A DNA stretch of 64,000 bases from Eledone cirrhosa. Its lineage: Eukaryota. The position numbers were made by a program, and so were the translations under genes. The notes under the pieces were generated by a model. It searched no databases. It was given only the letters and a program-made list of their open reading frames with translations, and was not told where the DNA came from. Below, in pieces: positions 25,221 through 37,379 of this stretch; within the stretch, counting starts at the first letter, position 1; every line of letters starts with the position of its first letter. The stretch spans positions 12,772,001-12,836,000 of the forward strand of contig OZ024756.1 in NCBI GenBank assembly GCA_964016885.1. Direction: 5' to 3'.

Positions 25221-27873
25221 TAGCCACCAACGGTCAAGACCAGCGGCAGGTCGCCCAGCCACCAACGGTCAAGACCAGCGGCAGGTCGCCCAGCCACCAA
25301 CGGTCAAGGCCAGCGGCAGCTCGCCCAGCCACCAACGGTCAAGGCCAGCGGCAGCTCGCCCAGCCACCAACGGTCAAGGCCAGCGGCAGGTCGCCCAGCC
25401 ACCAACGGTCAAGACCAGCGGCAGGTCGCCCAGCCACCAACGGTCAAGACCAGCGGCAGGTCGCCCAGCCACCAACGGTCAAGACCAGCGGCAGCTCGCC
25501 CAGCCACCAACGGTCAAGACCAGCGGCAGCTCGCCCAGCCACCAACGGTCAAGACCAGCGGCAGCTCGCCCAGCCACCAACGGTCAAGACCAGCGGCAGC
25601 TCGCCCAGCCACCAACGGTCAAGACCAGCGGCAGGTCGCCCAGCCACCAACGGTCAAGACCAGCGGCAGCTCGCCCAGCCACCAACGGTCAAGACCAGCG
25701 GCAGCTCGCCCAGCCACCAACGGTCAAGACCAGCGGCAGCTCGCCCAGCCACCAACGGTCAAGACCAGCGGCAGCTCGCCCAGCCACCAACGGTCACGAC
25801 CAGCGGCAGCTCGCCCAGCCATCAACGGTCAAGACCAGCGGCAGCTCGCCCAGCCACCAACGGTCACGACCAGCGGCAGCTCGCCCAGCCACCAACGGTC
25901 ACGACCAGCGGCAGCTCGCCCAGCCACCAACGGTCACGACCAGCCACCAACGGTCACGACCAGCGGCAGCTCGCCCAGCCACCAACGGTCACGACCAGCG
26001 GCAGCTCGCCCAGCCACCAACGGTCAAGACCAGCGGCAGCTCGCCCAGCCACCAACGGTCACGACCAGCGGCAGCTCGCCCAGCCACCAACGGTCACGAC
26101 CAGCGGCAGCTCGCCCAGCCACCAACGGTCACGACCAGCGGCAGCTCGCCCAGCCACCAACGGTCAAGACCAGCGGCAGGTCGCCCAGCCACCAACGGTC
26201 AAGACCAGCGGCAGCTCGCCCAGCCACCAACGGTCAAGACCAGCGGCAGCTCGCCCAGCCACCAACGGTCAAGACCAGCGGCAGCTCGCCCAGCCACCAA
26301 CGGTCAAGACCAGCGGCAGGTCGCCCAGCCACCAACGGTCACGACCAGCGGCAGCTCGCCCAGCCACCAACGGTCAAGACCAGCAGCAGCTCGCCCAGCC
26401 ACCAACGGTCAAGACCAGCGGCAGGTCGCCCAGCCACCAACGGTCAAGACCAGCGGCAGCTCGCCCAGCCACCAACGGTCAAGACCAGCGGCAGCTCGCC
26501 CAGCCACCAACGGTCAAGACCAGCGGCAGCTCGCCCAGCCACCAACGGTCAAGACCAGCGGCAGGTCGCCCAGCCACCAACGGTCACGACCAGCGGCAGC
26601 TCGCCCAGCCACCAACGGTCAAGACCAGCAGCAGCTCGCCCAGCCACCAACGGTCAAGACCAGCGGCAGGTCGCCCAGCCACCAACGGTCAAGACCAGCG
26701 GCAGCTCGCCCAGCCACCAACGGTCAAGACCAGCGGCAGCTCGCCCAGCCACCAACGGTCAAGACCAGCGGCAGCTCGCCCAGCCACCAACGGTCAAGAC
26801 CAGCGGCAGGTCGCCCAGCCACCAACGGTCACGACCAGCGGCAGCTCGCCCAGCCACCAACGGTCAAGACCAGCAGCAGCTCGCCCAGCCACCAACGGTC
26901 AAGACCAGCGGCAGGTCGCCCAGCCACCAACGGTCAAGACCAGCGGCAGGTCGCCCAGCCACCAACGGTCAAGACCAGCGGCAGCTCGCCCAGCCACCAA
27001 CGGTCAAGACCAGCGGCAGGTCGCCCAGCCACCAACGGTCAAGACCAGCGGCAGGTCGCCCAGTCACCAACGGTCAAGACCAGCGGCAGGTCGCCCAGCC
27101 ACCAACGGTCAAGACCAGCGGCAGGTCGCCCACCCACCAACGGTCAAGACCAGCGGCAGGTCGCCCACCCACCAACGGTCACGACCAGCGGCAGCTCGCC
27201 CAGCCACCAACGGTCAAGACCAGCGGCAGGTCGCCCACCCACCAACGGTCAAGACCAGCGGCAGGTCGCCCAGCCACCAACGGTCAAGACCAGCGGCAGG
27301 TCGCCCAGCCACCAACGGTCACGACCAGCAGGTCGCCCAGCCACCAACGGTAACGACCAGCGGCAGCTCGCCCAGCCACCAACGGTCAAGACCAGCGGCA
27401 GGTCGCCCACCCACCAACGGTCAAGACCAGCAGGTCGCCCACCCACCAACGGTCACGACCAGCGGCAGCTCGCCCAGCCACCAACGGTCAAGACCAGCGG
27501 CAGGTCGCCCACCCACCAACGGTCAAGACCAGCAGGTCGCCCACCCACCAACGGTCACGACCAGCGGCAGCTCGCCCAGCCACCAACGGTCACGACCAGC
27601 GGCAGCTCGCCCAGCCACCAACGGTCAAGACCAGCGGCAGGTCGCCCACCCACCAACGGTCAAGACCAGCAGCAGGTCGCCCAGCCACCAACGGTCAAGA
27701 CCAGCGGCAGGTCGCCCAGCCACCAACGGTCAAGACCAGCGGCAGGTCGCCCAGCCACCAACGGTCAAGACCAGCGGCAGGTCGCCCAGCCACCAACGGT
27801 CAAGACCAGCGGCAGGTCGCCCAGCCACCAACGGTCAAGACCAGCGGCAGCTCGCCCAGCCACCAACGGTCAA
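25221..27873. repeat. GC-rich 35-bp minisatellite, about 75 copies
   Basis: cagccaccaacggtca(a/c)gaccagcggcag(c/g)tcgcc. Confidence 0.95.
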
Positions 27874-28113
27874 TGATACCATTCCATACAAGCTACACAG
27901 TAAAGGACAAGCCCATAGCTGACTGTTGGTGTATGTCTGTTGATACCATTCCATACAAGCTACACAGTAAAGGACAAGCCCATAGCTGACTGTTGGTGTA
28001 TGTCTGTTGATACCATTCCATACAAGCTACACAGTAAAGGACAAGCCCATAGCTGACTGTTGGTGTATGTCTGTTGATACCATTCCATACAAGCTACACA
28101 GTAAAGGACAAGC
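27874..28113. repeat. 67-bp tandem repeat, about 3.6 copies
   Basis: tgataccattccatacaagc recurs at 27874, 27941, 28008 and 28075. Confidence 0.9.
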
Positions 28114-28156
28114 CAATAGGCAACCACTGCTGTATGAATAAAGAGAAATAGATTAC

Positions 28157-28207
28157 CTGGCATCTTTAATCCTAATCTTCTCACTTTGATTCTGTTCATC
28201 TGATAAA
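28157..28207 (-). CDS. STARD9: Small exon (LSDEQNQSEKIRIKDA)
   Basis: 51 nt, ttgttacag acceptor and gtaatc donor, phase 2 to 2 (symmetric, could be skipped). Confidence 0.6.
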
Positions 28208-28586
28208 CTGTAACAACAACAATATATTTCATGATTTATACTTGAGAATAGCAACTTCAAGACAGGAGGCAATATGTAAAAGCTAGCAAATAAACCCTAC
28301 TGTATTGCTTAACTGTGTTAATCACTTTTTATCTATTTGTAACTACTCCAAGGATTACTGATTACGGAACTCTCTAAGGACAACCCTATGATTGACCTAC
28401 TGAAGTAAACATCTTGTTGAGTCAATGACCACTGCATACTGAATTAGTCCTCATTATAGGCCACTCTAACCCTGAACTAGGGAAACCGAAAACGATAACT
28501 AGTATACACACACACACATTAGAGAGAGAGAGAGAGATGTGTGATGCCAATGATCTATAATATAAATCATTTGATCACCTATAGAT

Positions 28587-29310
28587 CAGGGGAACATACC
28601 AGCCAGATAGATTTTATCCTTACCAGAAGACGAGAGAGCAACAGTTGTAAATACAAAGACCCTTCCCGGTGAAGAATGCACCTCCCAACATGAGCTAGAA
28701 GTTAGCAACCTTATAGTTAGGGTTAGATGAACACGATGACAGAGGACAACCTTGAAAAGAATATGGAAGTTGAAGGAACTCACAGCCAGTAACAAATTTA
28801 GAGGTATGTTGCTCGATGATTTTAACAGTAAGGAAGAGCAAATATAGACATACAGTGCAGTGGGAATTGCTGAAAGTTGGAGCAGGTGGAACAGTAGGGA
28901 GGAGGAAAGAGGTAAGGCCTAAAGACAGGCACAGGAAGAATGGTGAGATGGGGGAAGTAGAGAACACTACCAAGAGGGTTAGGAGAGAAGTGAGGCAGCA
29001 AGTGTACTTTGCAAGAAGGGAAGCAGAAAATAATAAAATTTAAGCATCTTCTGCAACATGAGGAGCAAAGGCGTGAAGTGTTCAAGATTATGTGGCAGTG
29101 TGTCAAGGAAAATTGTGATGTCGTTCAGGAGAAGTGTACTTGCCCTCACTGAAACTGAAAAGAAGGTAGCATGGAAGTGCCACTATGAAAGACTACTAAA
29201 TGAGGAGAATAATGGAATGAAGATAGTTTTTTCCTCAAGTTGATCCAACAGAGGGACTGGCTGTGCAAGTTAGTAATAGTAGGTAAGGCAACCAAGGATA
29301 TGAAGTCAGG
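28587..29310 (+). mobile_element. Degenerate LINE (RTE-like) internal fragment
   Basis: Purine-rich coding-like sequence; fragments VRQQVYFARREAE and KKVAWKCHYERLLNEEN. Confidence 0.6.
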
Positions 29311-29342
29311 CGCAAAGCAGCTGATATTATAAAATAATTGAA

Positions 29343-31010
29343 GGGCGGTGGATTGGCAGTATCAGTAGAGGGTCGGACGCCATGCTTTCCAGCATAGTTA
29401 CGTCCCTTTACGATCTGAGTTCAAATCCCGCCGAGGTTGACTTTGCCTTTCATCCTTACGGGGGTCGATAAAATAAAGTACCAGTAATACACTGGGTAAT
29501 TGCTGGCCTTGTGCCTAAAGTAGAAACAATTATAAAATAATTGTTTCTATTTTAGGCACAAGGCCAGCAATTACCCAGTACGTTACTGGTACTTTATTTT
29601 ATCAACCCCCGTAAGGATGAAAGGCAAAGTCAACCTCGGCCGGATTTGAACTCAGATCGTAAAGGGACGTAACTCTATGCTGGAAAGCATGTCCGACCCT
29701 CTACCGATACTGCCAATTCACCGCCCTTAATAATAAATAGAAATAATTGTTTCTACTTTAGGCACAAGGCCAGCAATTACCCAGTGCATTACTGGTACTT
29801 TATTTTATCGACCCCGTAAGGATGAAAGGCAAAGTCAACCTCGGCCGGATTTGAACTCAGATCGTAAAGGGACGTAACTCTATGCTGGAAAGCATGTCCG
29901 ACCCTCTACCGATACTGCCAATTCACCGCCCTTAATAATAAATAGAAATAATTGTTTCTACTTTAGGCACAAGGCCAGCAATTACCCAGTGCATTACTGG
30001 TACTTTATTTTATCGACCCCGTAAGGATGAAAGGCAAAGTCAACCTCGGCCGGATTTGAACTCAGATCGTAAAGGGACGTAACTCTATGCTGGAAAGCAT
30101 GTCCGACGCTCTACCGATACTGCCAATTCACCGCCCTTATAAAATAATTGTTTCTACTTTTGGCACAAGGCCAGCAATTACCCAGTACACTACTGGTACT
30201 TTATTTTATCGACCCCGTAAGGATGAAAGGCAAAGTTAACCTCGACGGGATTTGAACTCAGACTGTAAAGGGACGTAACTATGCTGGAAAGCATGGCGTC
30301 CGACCCTCTACCGATACTGCCAATTCACCATAAATAGAAATAATATCTTTCTCCACTACTCCAAATGGAGCTGATTATATAACAAGGAATAATTGAAAGA
30401 ACATTAAATAGGGAAAAACCATCTATTCTCTCCCCTATAAATAATTGTTTCTACTTTAGGAACAAGGCCAGCAATTTTGGGGGAGGGGAAAGTCGATTAA
30501 ATCGACACCAGTGCATTACTGGTACTTTATTTTATCGACCTCGTAAGGGTGAAAATCAAATTCAACCTCGGCGGGATTTGAACTCAGATCGTAAAGGGGT
30601 GTAACTCTATGCCATAAACGACGCTCTACCGATACTGCCAATCTACTGCCCTACCTCCCCTATAAATAAAAGCAAAAATAAGGGAAATAAAAGTAATGAA
30701 ATTTGTACAAGTACTCTAATCAATAGACCTCATAATATTACTGGTACTAGTGAGAGCTTCTACATATAAAACATACTCACAAATAATCTAATGAATAATC
30801 AAACTAGTAATAATAATAATAATAATTGTTTCTACTTTTGGTCCAAGGCCAGCAATTATCCCAGTGTATTACTGGTACTTTATTTTATCGACCTCGTAAG
30901 GATGAAAGGCAAAGTTAACCTCGACGTGATTTGAACTCAGACCGTAAAGGGACGTAACTATGCTGGAAAGCATGGCGTCCGACCCTCTACCGATACTGCC
31001 AATTCACCCG
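29343..31010. mobile_element. Cluster of seven copies of the second SINE (one plus, six minus)
   Basis: Direct reading of the sequence; three consecutive minus copies recur at a 205-bp period. Confidence 0.88.
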
Positions 31011-31035
31011 TTAATAATAATAATAATAATAATTA

Positions 31036-33118
31036 TGGCAAAACCGGTTCCAAAGTACTGGACTAAAAGCTGAGATGGAAGGTTTTCTAATGACAGCGCA
31101 GGACCAAAGTCTACCTACAAGATACTATCAGAAGTACATAATGAAACAAAGCACTATAAGTAAGTGTAGAATATGTGGAGATAGGGAAGAAACAATAAAC
31201 CACATTGTTTCTGGATGCCCAGTTCTGGCCAAAAGGCAATATATCCACAGGCATGATAGAGTTGGGACCTTTATACACTGGAAGTTATGCCAGCATTATG
31301 AAATACTAACAGAAAAAAGATGGTACAAACACTCACCAGAAAAATGTCAGAGAATGACAAAGCAACCATTCTCTGGAATATGCCAATACATACAGAGAGA
31401 GTCAAGACCAACCGACCAGATATTGTAGTCAAGGACTACAAAGAAAGAAATGTCTTCTAATGAATGTATCAATTCCCACACATGACAATATATCTTCCAA
31501 GGAAATAGAGAAACTCTCCTAATATCAAGATCTAGAGATATAGATAACTCAAATGTGGAAAATGAAAACAGAAACAATACCTATAATAATAGGTGCTCTA
31601 GGAATGATAAAAAACAGACAGATACATAACCAAAACCCCAGGACTTACAAATATATACAGCATACAAAAGATAGCACTACTAGGTATTGTATATATATTA
31701 TACAGAGTACCACAGGACTTACAACTATATACAGCATACAAAAGATAGCACTACTAGGTATTGTATATATATTATACAGAGTACCACAGGACTTACAAAT
31801 ATATACAGCATACAAAAGATAGCACTACTAGGTACTGTATATATATTATATAGAGTACCACAGGACTTACCAATATATACAGTATACAAAAGATAGCACT
31901 ACTAGGTACTGTATATATATTATATAGAGTACCACAGGACTTACAAATATATACAACATACAAAAGATAGCACTATTAGGTATTGTATATATATTATATA
32001 GAGTACCACAGGACTTACAAATATATACAGCATACAAAAGATAGCACTACTAGGTACTGTATATATATTATACAGAGTACCACAGGACTTACAAATATAT
32101 ACAACATACAAAAGATAGCACTACTAGGTACAGTATATATATTATATAGAGTACCACAGGACTTGCAAATATATACAGCATACAAAAGATAGCACTACTA
32201 GGTACTGTATATATATTATACAGAATACCACAGGACTTACAAATATATACAACATACAAAAGATAGCACTACTAGGTACTGTATATATATTATACAGAAT
32301 ACCACAGGACTTACAAATATATACAACATACAAAAGATAGCACTACTAGGTACTGTATATATATTATATAGAGTACCACAGGACTTACAAATATATACAA
32401 CATACAAAAGATAGCACTACTAGGTACTGTATATATATATTATACAGAGTACCACAGGACTTACAAATATATACAACATACAAAAGATAGCACTACTAGG
32501 CACTGTATATATATTATATAGAGTACCACATGACTTACAAATATATACAGCATACAAAAGATAGCACTACTAAGTACTGTATATATATTATATAGAGTAC
32601 CACAGGACTTACAAATATATACAACATACAAAAGATAGCACTACTAGGTACTGTATATATATTATACAGAGTACCACAGGACTTACAAATATATACAGCA
32701 TACAAAAGATAGCACTACTAGGTACTGTATATATATTATATAGAGTACCACAGGACTTACAAATATATACAGCATACAAAAGATAGCACTATTAGGTACT
32801 GCACACATTAAGAAAAGTACTATCAATACAATAGAAACAACACCAGCAAAAACTACACTGCTTGTATCCAAGATGCAGAGCTGTGCTCAGTAAAGCAGTA
32901 ATGATGCACAATAAAAATAATAATGGAAATAATCGATAATCTATAATTAAGGCCAACCGACCAGATATTATAGTCAAAGACCACAAAGAAAAAAATGCCT
33001 TCTAATAGATGTATCAATCCTGACAGATGACAATATATCTTCCAAGGAAATAGAGAAACTCTCCAAATATAAAGATCTAGAGATAGAAATAACTCAAATG
33101 TGGAAAATGAAAACAGAA
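31036..33118 (+). mobile_element. 5'-truncated R4/Dong-clade non-LTR retrotransposon (CCHC knuckle and restriction-like endonuclease), with an internal satellite and a partial duplication at 32950-33118
   Basis: AQDQSL...CRICGDREETINHIVSGC...RHDRV, RPDIVV, KEIEKL, IPIIIGALG, IQKIALLGTAHILRKVL; flanked by (TAA)n, the known Dong-type target. Confidence 0.8.
31636..32800. repeat. 74-bp satellite derived from the R4/Dong ORF end, about 16 copies
   Basis: ccacaggacttacaaatatatacagcatacaaaagatagcactactaggtactgtatatatattatacagagta. Confidence 0.92.
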
Positions 33119-33676
33119 CGGAGGAGTGCAGGACAGCGTCCATTTTATAATTTTTTATCCCGTTAGTAAAATAAGTTGGATTACTTTGGATAAAAAATGA
33201 ATCAATATTATGTAATTTATCTACTAAATTTCATAGCTCTTGATTAAACATAAATATTGTTACATATAGAGTATTGCTTATTTTAAGATTCACTTCTTTA
33301 AAATTTTCAAATGTCAATACTTCCGATTAGCGTCCGTTATATTATAACACTTATTACATCACTTATATAAACATTCATATATATTACATCACTAAACATT
33401 CATATATTTGCATCGTTATATAAGGTTTATATTTAGGTTGCTAATTTTCTAATTTTTTTGTTTTCATAAAATTTTAGTTTATTATATATGCAGTTTATAT
33501 ATAATATCTTTTTTTTAATGTATCGTGGATTACTTTACTGATTACAGAAGAGAGTGTAACACAGACTTCGTTCAATTTCTGAGCATATTGTCAATTACAA
33601 TTTCATTTGATGTATCATATCTACATGTATATATTTTTGCTTATAATATCAATATACACACTACACATGTTAGTAT

Positions 33677-33771
<95 letters not shown>

Positions 33772-34147
33772 AGTATTTCCATAGAAAGGGTAAAGGAAAA
33801 AAGCTCTGTATAATACATAGAGCACTCTTTGTTTCCTTTACCTTTTTTATGGAAATACTTAACACACACACGGCAAAAAGCACCCAGCACACACTGTAAA
33901 TGTGGTTGGTGTTAGGAAGGGCATTCAGCTGTAAAAAACCAGCCAGAAACAGTCCTATATGAGCGAGACATGGTCACCTGACCCAACTTGCCCCTAATGG
34001 GACAAACCTGTCTAACCCATGCTAGCATAGAAAATAAATGTTAAACAATGGTGATTATGTATGTATGTATGTATGAATGTATGTATGCTGTCACATATGC
34101 AGTGAAGGTCATCATCCACACTCAAATGATCAAAATAGAAGTCTTAC

Positions 34148-34251
34148 TTCTTGTTTATTAGTGGTACATCTGAAATAGCATCAATAGTGGAGCCATTTCC
34201 AGCATTTTTCTCCTCCATCTCTGGGGACTTACTGTTGTCTTTGTTGCTGTT
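34148..34251 (-). CDS. STARD9: Linker exon (NSNKDNSKSPEMEEKNAGNGSTIDAISDVPLINK)
   Basis: 104 nt, open frame, cag acceptor and gtaag donor, phase 0 to 2 fits both neighbours; no recognisable motif. Confidence 0.7.
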
Positions 34252-34630
34252 CTGTACACAGAAAGTCAATAAATAAAATAAGAAAAGTTCAGATATTTCT
34301 CTCCGTCAGACATGTACTCATTATTATTATTATTATTATTATTATCATCATCATTACTACTACTACACATATAATCATTAGATAAACATACACCCAGTCC
34401 ATTCTGTAAGGTGGTTGTGCTGGTGTCACAACAAAAGCACCTAGTCCACCATGTGAGGTGGTTGTGCTGGTGCCATGACAAAGCACTCAGTCAACCTAGT
34501 AGTGCCAGAGACATGATAAAATGTTGACAGTACATGCCACAATGTAGTTGGCATTAGAAAGGCATCCATCTAGTCACAGAAACCAAACCAGACTAGTCTA
34601 CCCTGACAGCTCTAGCATGGAAGATAGACT

Positions 34631-34869
34631 TTAACCCTTTAGCATTTAAACGGTTGTATCCGGCCAGAATCCTCTCATCTCTTTCTGTTGAAACCGGCTA
34701 TAACTGGCCTCTCATACTGACGTTAAGGTACTGTTATCAAAACAAATAACCTCAAAATAACCACAAAATCGCATAGCTTCGAAATTATGTGAGATAAATA
34801 TGTAAGATAAAACCTTTACCACAAATATACAATAGTAACTATAGAGTAATGTAAATCCTAAAGGGTTAA
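34631..34869. mobile_element. piggyBac-type MITE (about 210-240 bp). Other copies: 99-304, 2195-2418, 16109-16332, 17115-17657 (SINE inserted), 42342-42556, 51336-52178 (RTE inserted), 58530-58743
   Basis: TTAA-CCCTTTAGCATT...AATGCTAAAGGG-TTAA terminal inverted repeats with TTAA flanks; shared interior. Confidence 0.8.
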
Positions 34870-34972
34870 ACAATGGCAGTGATCAGGATTTCATACAACC
34901 CAAGGAGCTGCATGTGACCTTGGGGCTAATCAACAATGCAAGTGAGGACCCAAATGAAAATCTTCAACAAAC

Positions 34973-35055
34973 CTTGATGAATTCTCTGAGTTTGGCAGCT
35001 TCTGCAGGGTTGTTGAAACGGAACTGATGACTGTCACCAAACCTGACTGTGTCTC
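34973..35055 (-). CDS. STARD9: End of FHA domain (GDTVRFGDSHQFRFNNPAEAAKLREFIK)
   Basis: 83 nt, phase 1 to 0; FRFN-P-EAA-LR motif. Confidence 0.9.
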
Positions 35056-35296
35056 CTGAAATAGAGAAATAGACAGGTAAATATACAAACAGATATAGAG
35101 ATAGACAGGTAAATAAACAGAGAAACAGAAATATATAGACAGATAGATAGATACAGATGGAGAGAGAGACAGATAGAGATAGAGAGATGGATATATATAT
35201 ATATATAAAGAAAAAAGTGTGGTAAGGAACCATGTGGACCATAACGCACCAGAGTACTCGATACTTAGGGTAGTAGAGTGGGGTCCTGACTCTTTT

Positions 35297-35331
<35 letters not shown>

Positions 35332-35573
35332 AGATAGATAGAGAGAGTGATACAGATACAAATGGAGAGAAAAGAGAGAGAGAGAGAGAGAGAGATACAT
35401 ATCACCATTATCAGGAGCCACCATCAACAACAATTACCACACCTACCTGAGAGTGTGTGTTTGGGTGTGTGTGTAGGGGGCAGGAGATAATTAAGTCATT
35501 AAAAAAAAAAAAAAAAAAAAAAAAGATTCCCTTCCTCTGCAGCCCCTCCCCCCAATAAGTATCAGCAGCTTAC

Positions 35574-35711
35574 CTTGCGTTAACTTTGTGGGTTGTGTTA
35601 CCTCAATACCATTTATAGCAGTAGGAGCATTGTGATGTGGGGAGAGAATCACTGTTCCATCAACGGACTGGATAAAGCAATGTTCTGGTTGGATATCAGG
35701 AGTAGTCAGCA
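35574..35711 (-). CDS. STARD9: FHA domain exon (VLTTPDIQPEHCFIQSVDGTVILSPHHNAPTAINGIEVTQPTKLTQG)
   Basis: 138 nt, phase 1 to 1; EHC and NG motifs of the kinesin FHA domain. Confidence 0.9.
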
Positions 35712-36353
35712 CTGAAAACAGTAACAATTTCTTTAGTTACCAACAAAGGACGATGGATACGTTCGTGACAAAGATAAACTTAAAAAATGGTGGGAGCTGA
35801 ACCTTCTGGAGATTCCAGGTGCATTAAGTCACCGATAGAGTAAAGAGGGTAAAGACTCCCCCTTTGGTCATGAATGACCATGGGATTTACACTGAGAAAG
35901 TTCCCCTCTGACGCACAAGTCCAGGTAAGGTTTGTGGAAGACCAACAGTCGCCCATACATACCAGTCTCCGCTCTCCATGCCACCGATGCTGTCGAAGGG
36001 AAAGGCAATGGTTAATATAGCTCGGCACCAGTGATTCTGCAACTACAGCTGAGTAAACTGGAGCAACATGAAATAAAGTGTCTTCCTCAAGGACACAAAG
36101 CAAAGCCCGGTCCGAGAATCGAACTCACAACCTCACGATTGTAAGCCTGATGGTCTAACCACTAAGCCATGTGCAGATAGAGTAATCTTCCCCTTAATAC
36201 ATAATGCAGTGTCAAGGGAAGTAATTCATAAAAATTTCTTTAGTTACCAACAAGGACGATGGAGGAGTTCATGGTAAGGATAAATTACAAAAATAGACTG
36301 ATCATGTGGGAACCTTTCTAGATTAAGAAAAAAGGGATTTCAACACAACTTAC

Positions 36354-36405
36354 CAATATCTTGTTCTCTATCAGCGAGATCACTTCCTATTAAGGTTTTC
36401 CCTTC
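36354..36405 (-). CDS. STARD9: FHA domain exon (EGKTLIGSDLADREQDI)
   Basis: 52 nt, phase 0 to 1; EG-T-IG...EQDI motif. Confidence 0.87.
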
Positions 36406-36921
36406 CTAGTGAGAAAAATAGACAATTATTAACAACAGTACAAACAGGCCCCACACCCACCATTTCATAATATATTGATTTCTACTATAGGCACAGCAAG
36501 TTTGGAAAGGGGAAAAGTCGATTAAATTGACCCCAGTGCATTACTGGCACTTTATTTTATCGACCTCGTAAGGACGAATGGCAAAACTAACCTCGGCAGG
36601 ATTTGAACTCAGACCATAAAGGGTCATAACTCTATGCTGCAAAGCTTGGTGTCGCATGCTCTGCCATTACTGCCAATCCACTGCCCTTATAATGTTGTAT
36701 CTTTGGATTAATTTGTAGGAAATTATTAGTCATATTAGCTAATTAGATTTCATGGTCCAGGAGGGGAGCAAAATGATCAATGGCAGAATAAGAGGAGATT
36801 TTAAGATAAAGATAGCAATTGTCTTAACCAACTGTGTTTGTGTGAGTGTGAGTGTCTATGTTTGTGAGTGGGTGTCTATGTCTATCTATGTATGTGTGTG
36901 TGTGTGTGTCTCTGTGTGTGT

Positions 36922-36955
<34 letters not shown>

Positions 36956-36981
36956 CTGTGTCTGTGTCTGTGTGTGTGTCT

Positions 36982-37074
<93 letters not shown>

Positions 37075-37207
37075 TATGTTTATGAGTGGGTGTCTATGTT
37101 TGTGTGTATCTATGTATATGTGAGAGTGTGAGACATGCCAGGCAGGGTTGGTTCTAAGACCACAGTTTGAAATCTGAAGAAAGAAGTGAAAAAAAAAAAT
37201 GGCAAAC

Positions 37208-37345
37208 CTTCAAATAATAAAGAACTATCCCTGTATTTAATATGTCGTCGTCCATTCCACGAAGATGAGGTTGTTGGGAATCCACTATAACACCCATTGA
37301 ACTTGACCGCTTACCGAGAGGTCGACGGATGCTGAGGTCAGATTC
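37208..37345 (-). CDS. STARD9: Pre-FHA exon (ESDLSIRRPLGKRSSSMGVIVDSQQPHLRGMDDDILNTGIVLYYLK)
   Basis: 138 nt; GV--DS--PHL--DDD-L-TGIVLY-LK is the KIF16-subfamily signature; tag acceptor, gtttg donor. Confidence 0.88.
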
Positions 37346-37379
37346 CTAAAATTAAACAATGTACAGTTACTGTAGTGAT

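Noticed and set aside
25204-27876. 890-aa repetitive ORF
   Set aside because: A 35-bp unit (not a multiple of 3) cycles through all frames without stops; antisense in an intron and no ATG start (GTG); no sign of coding constraint
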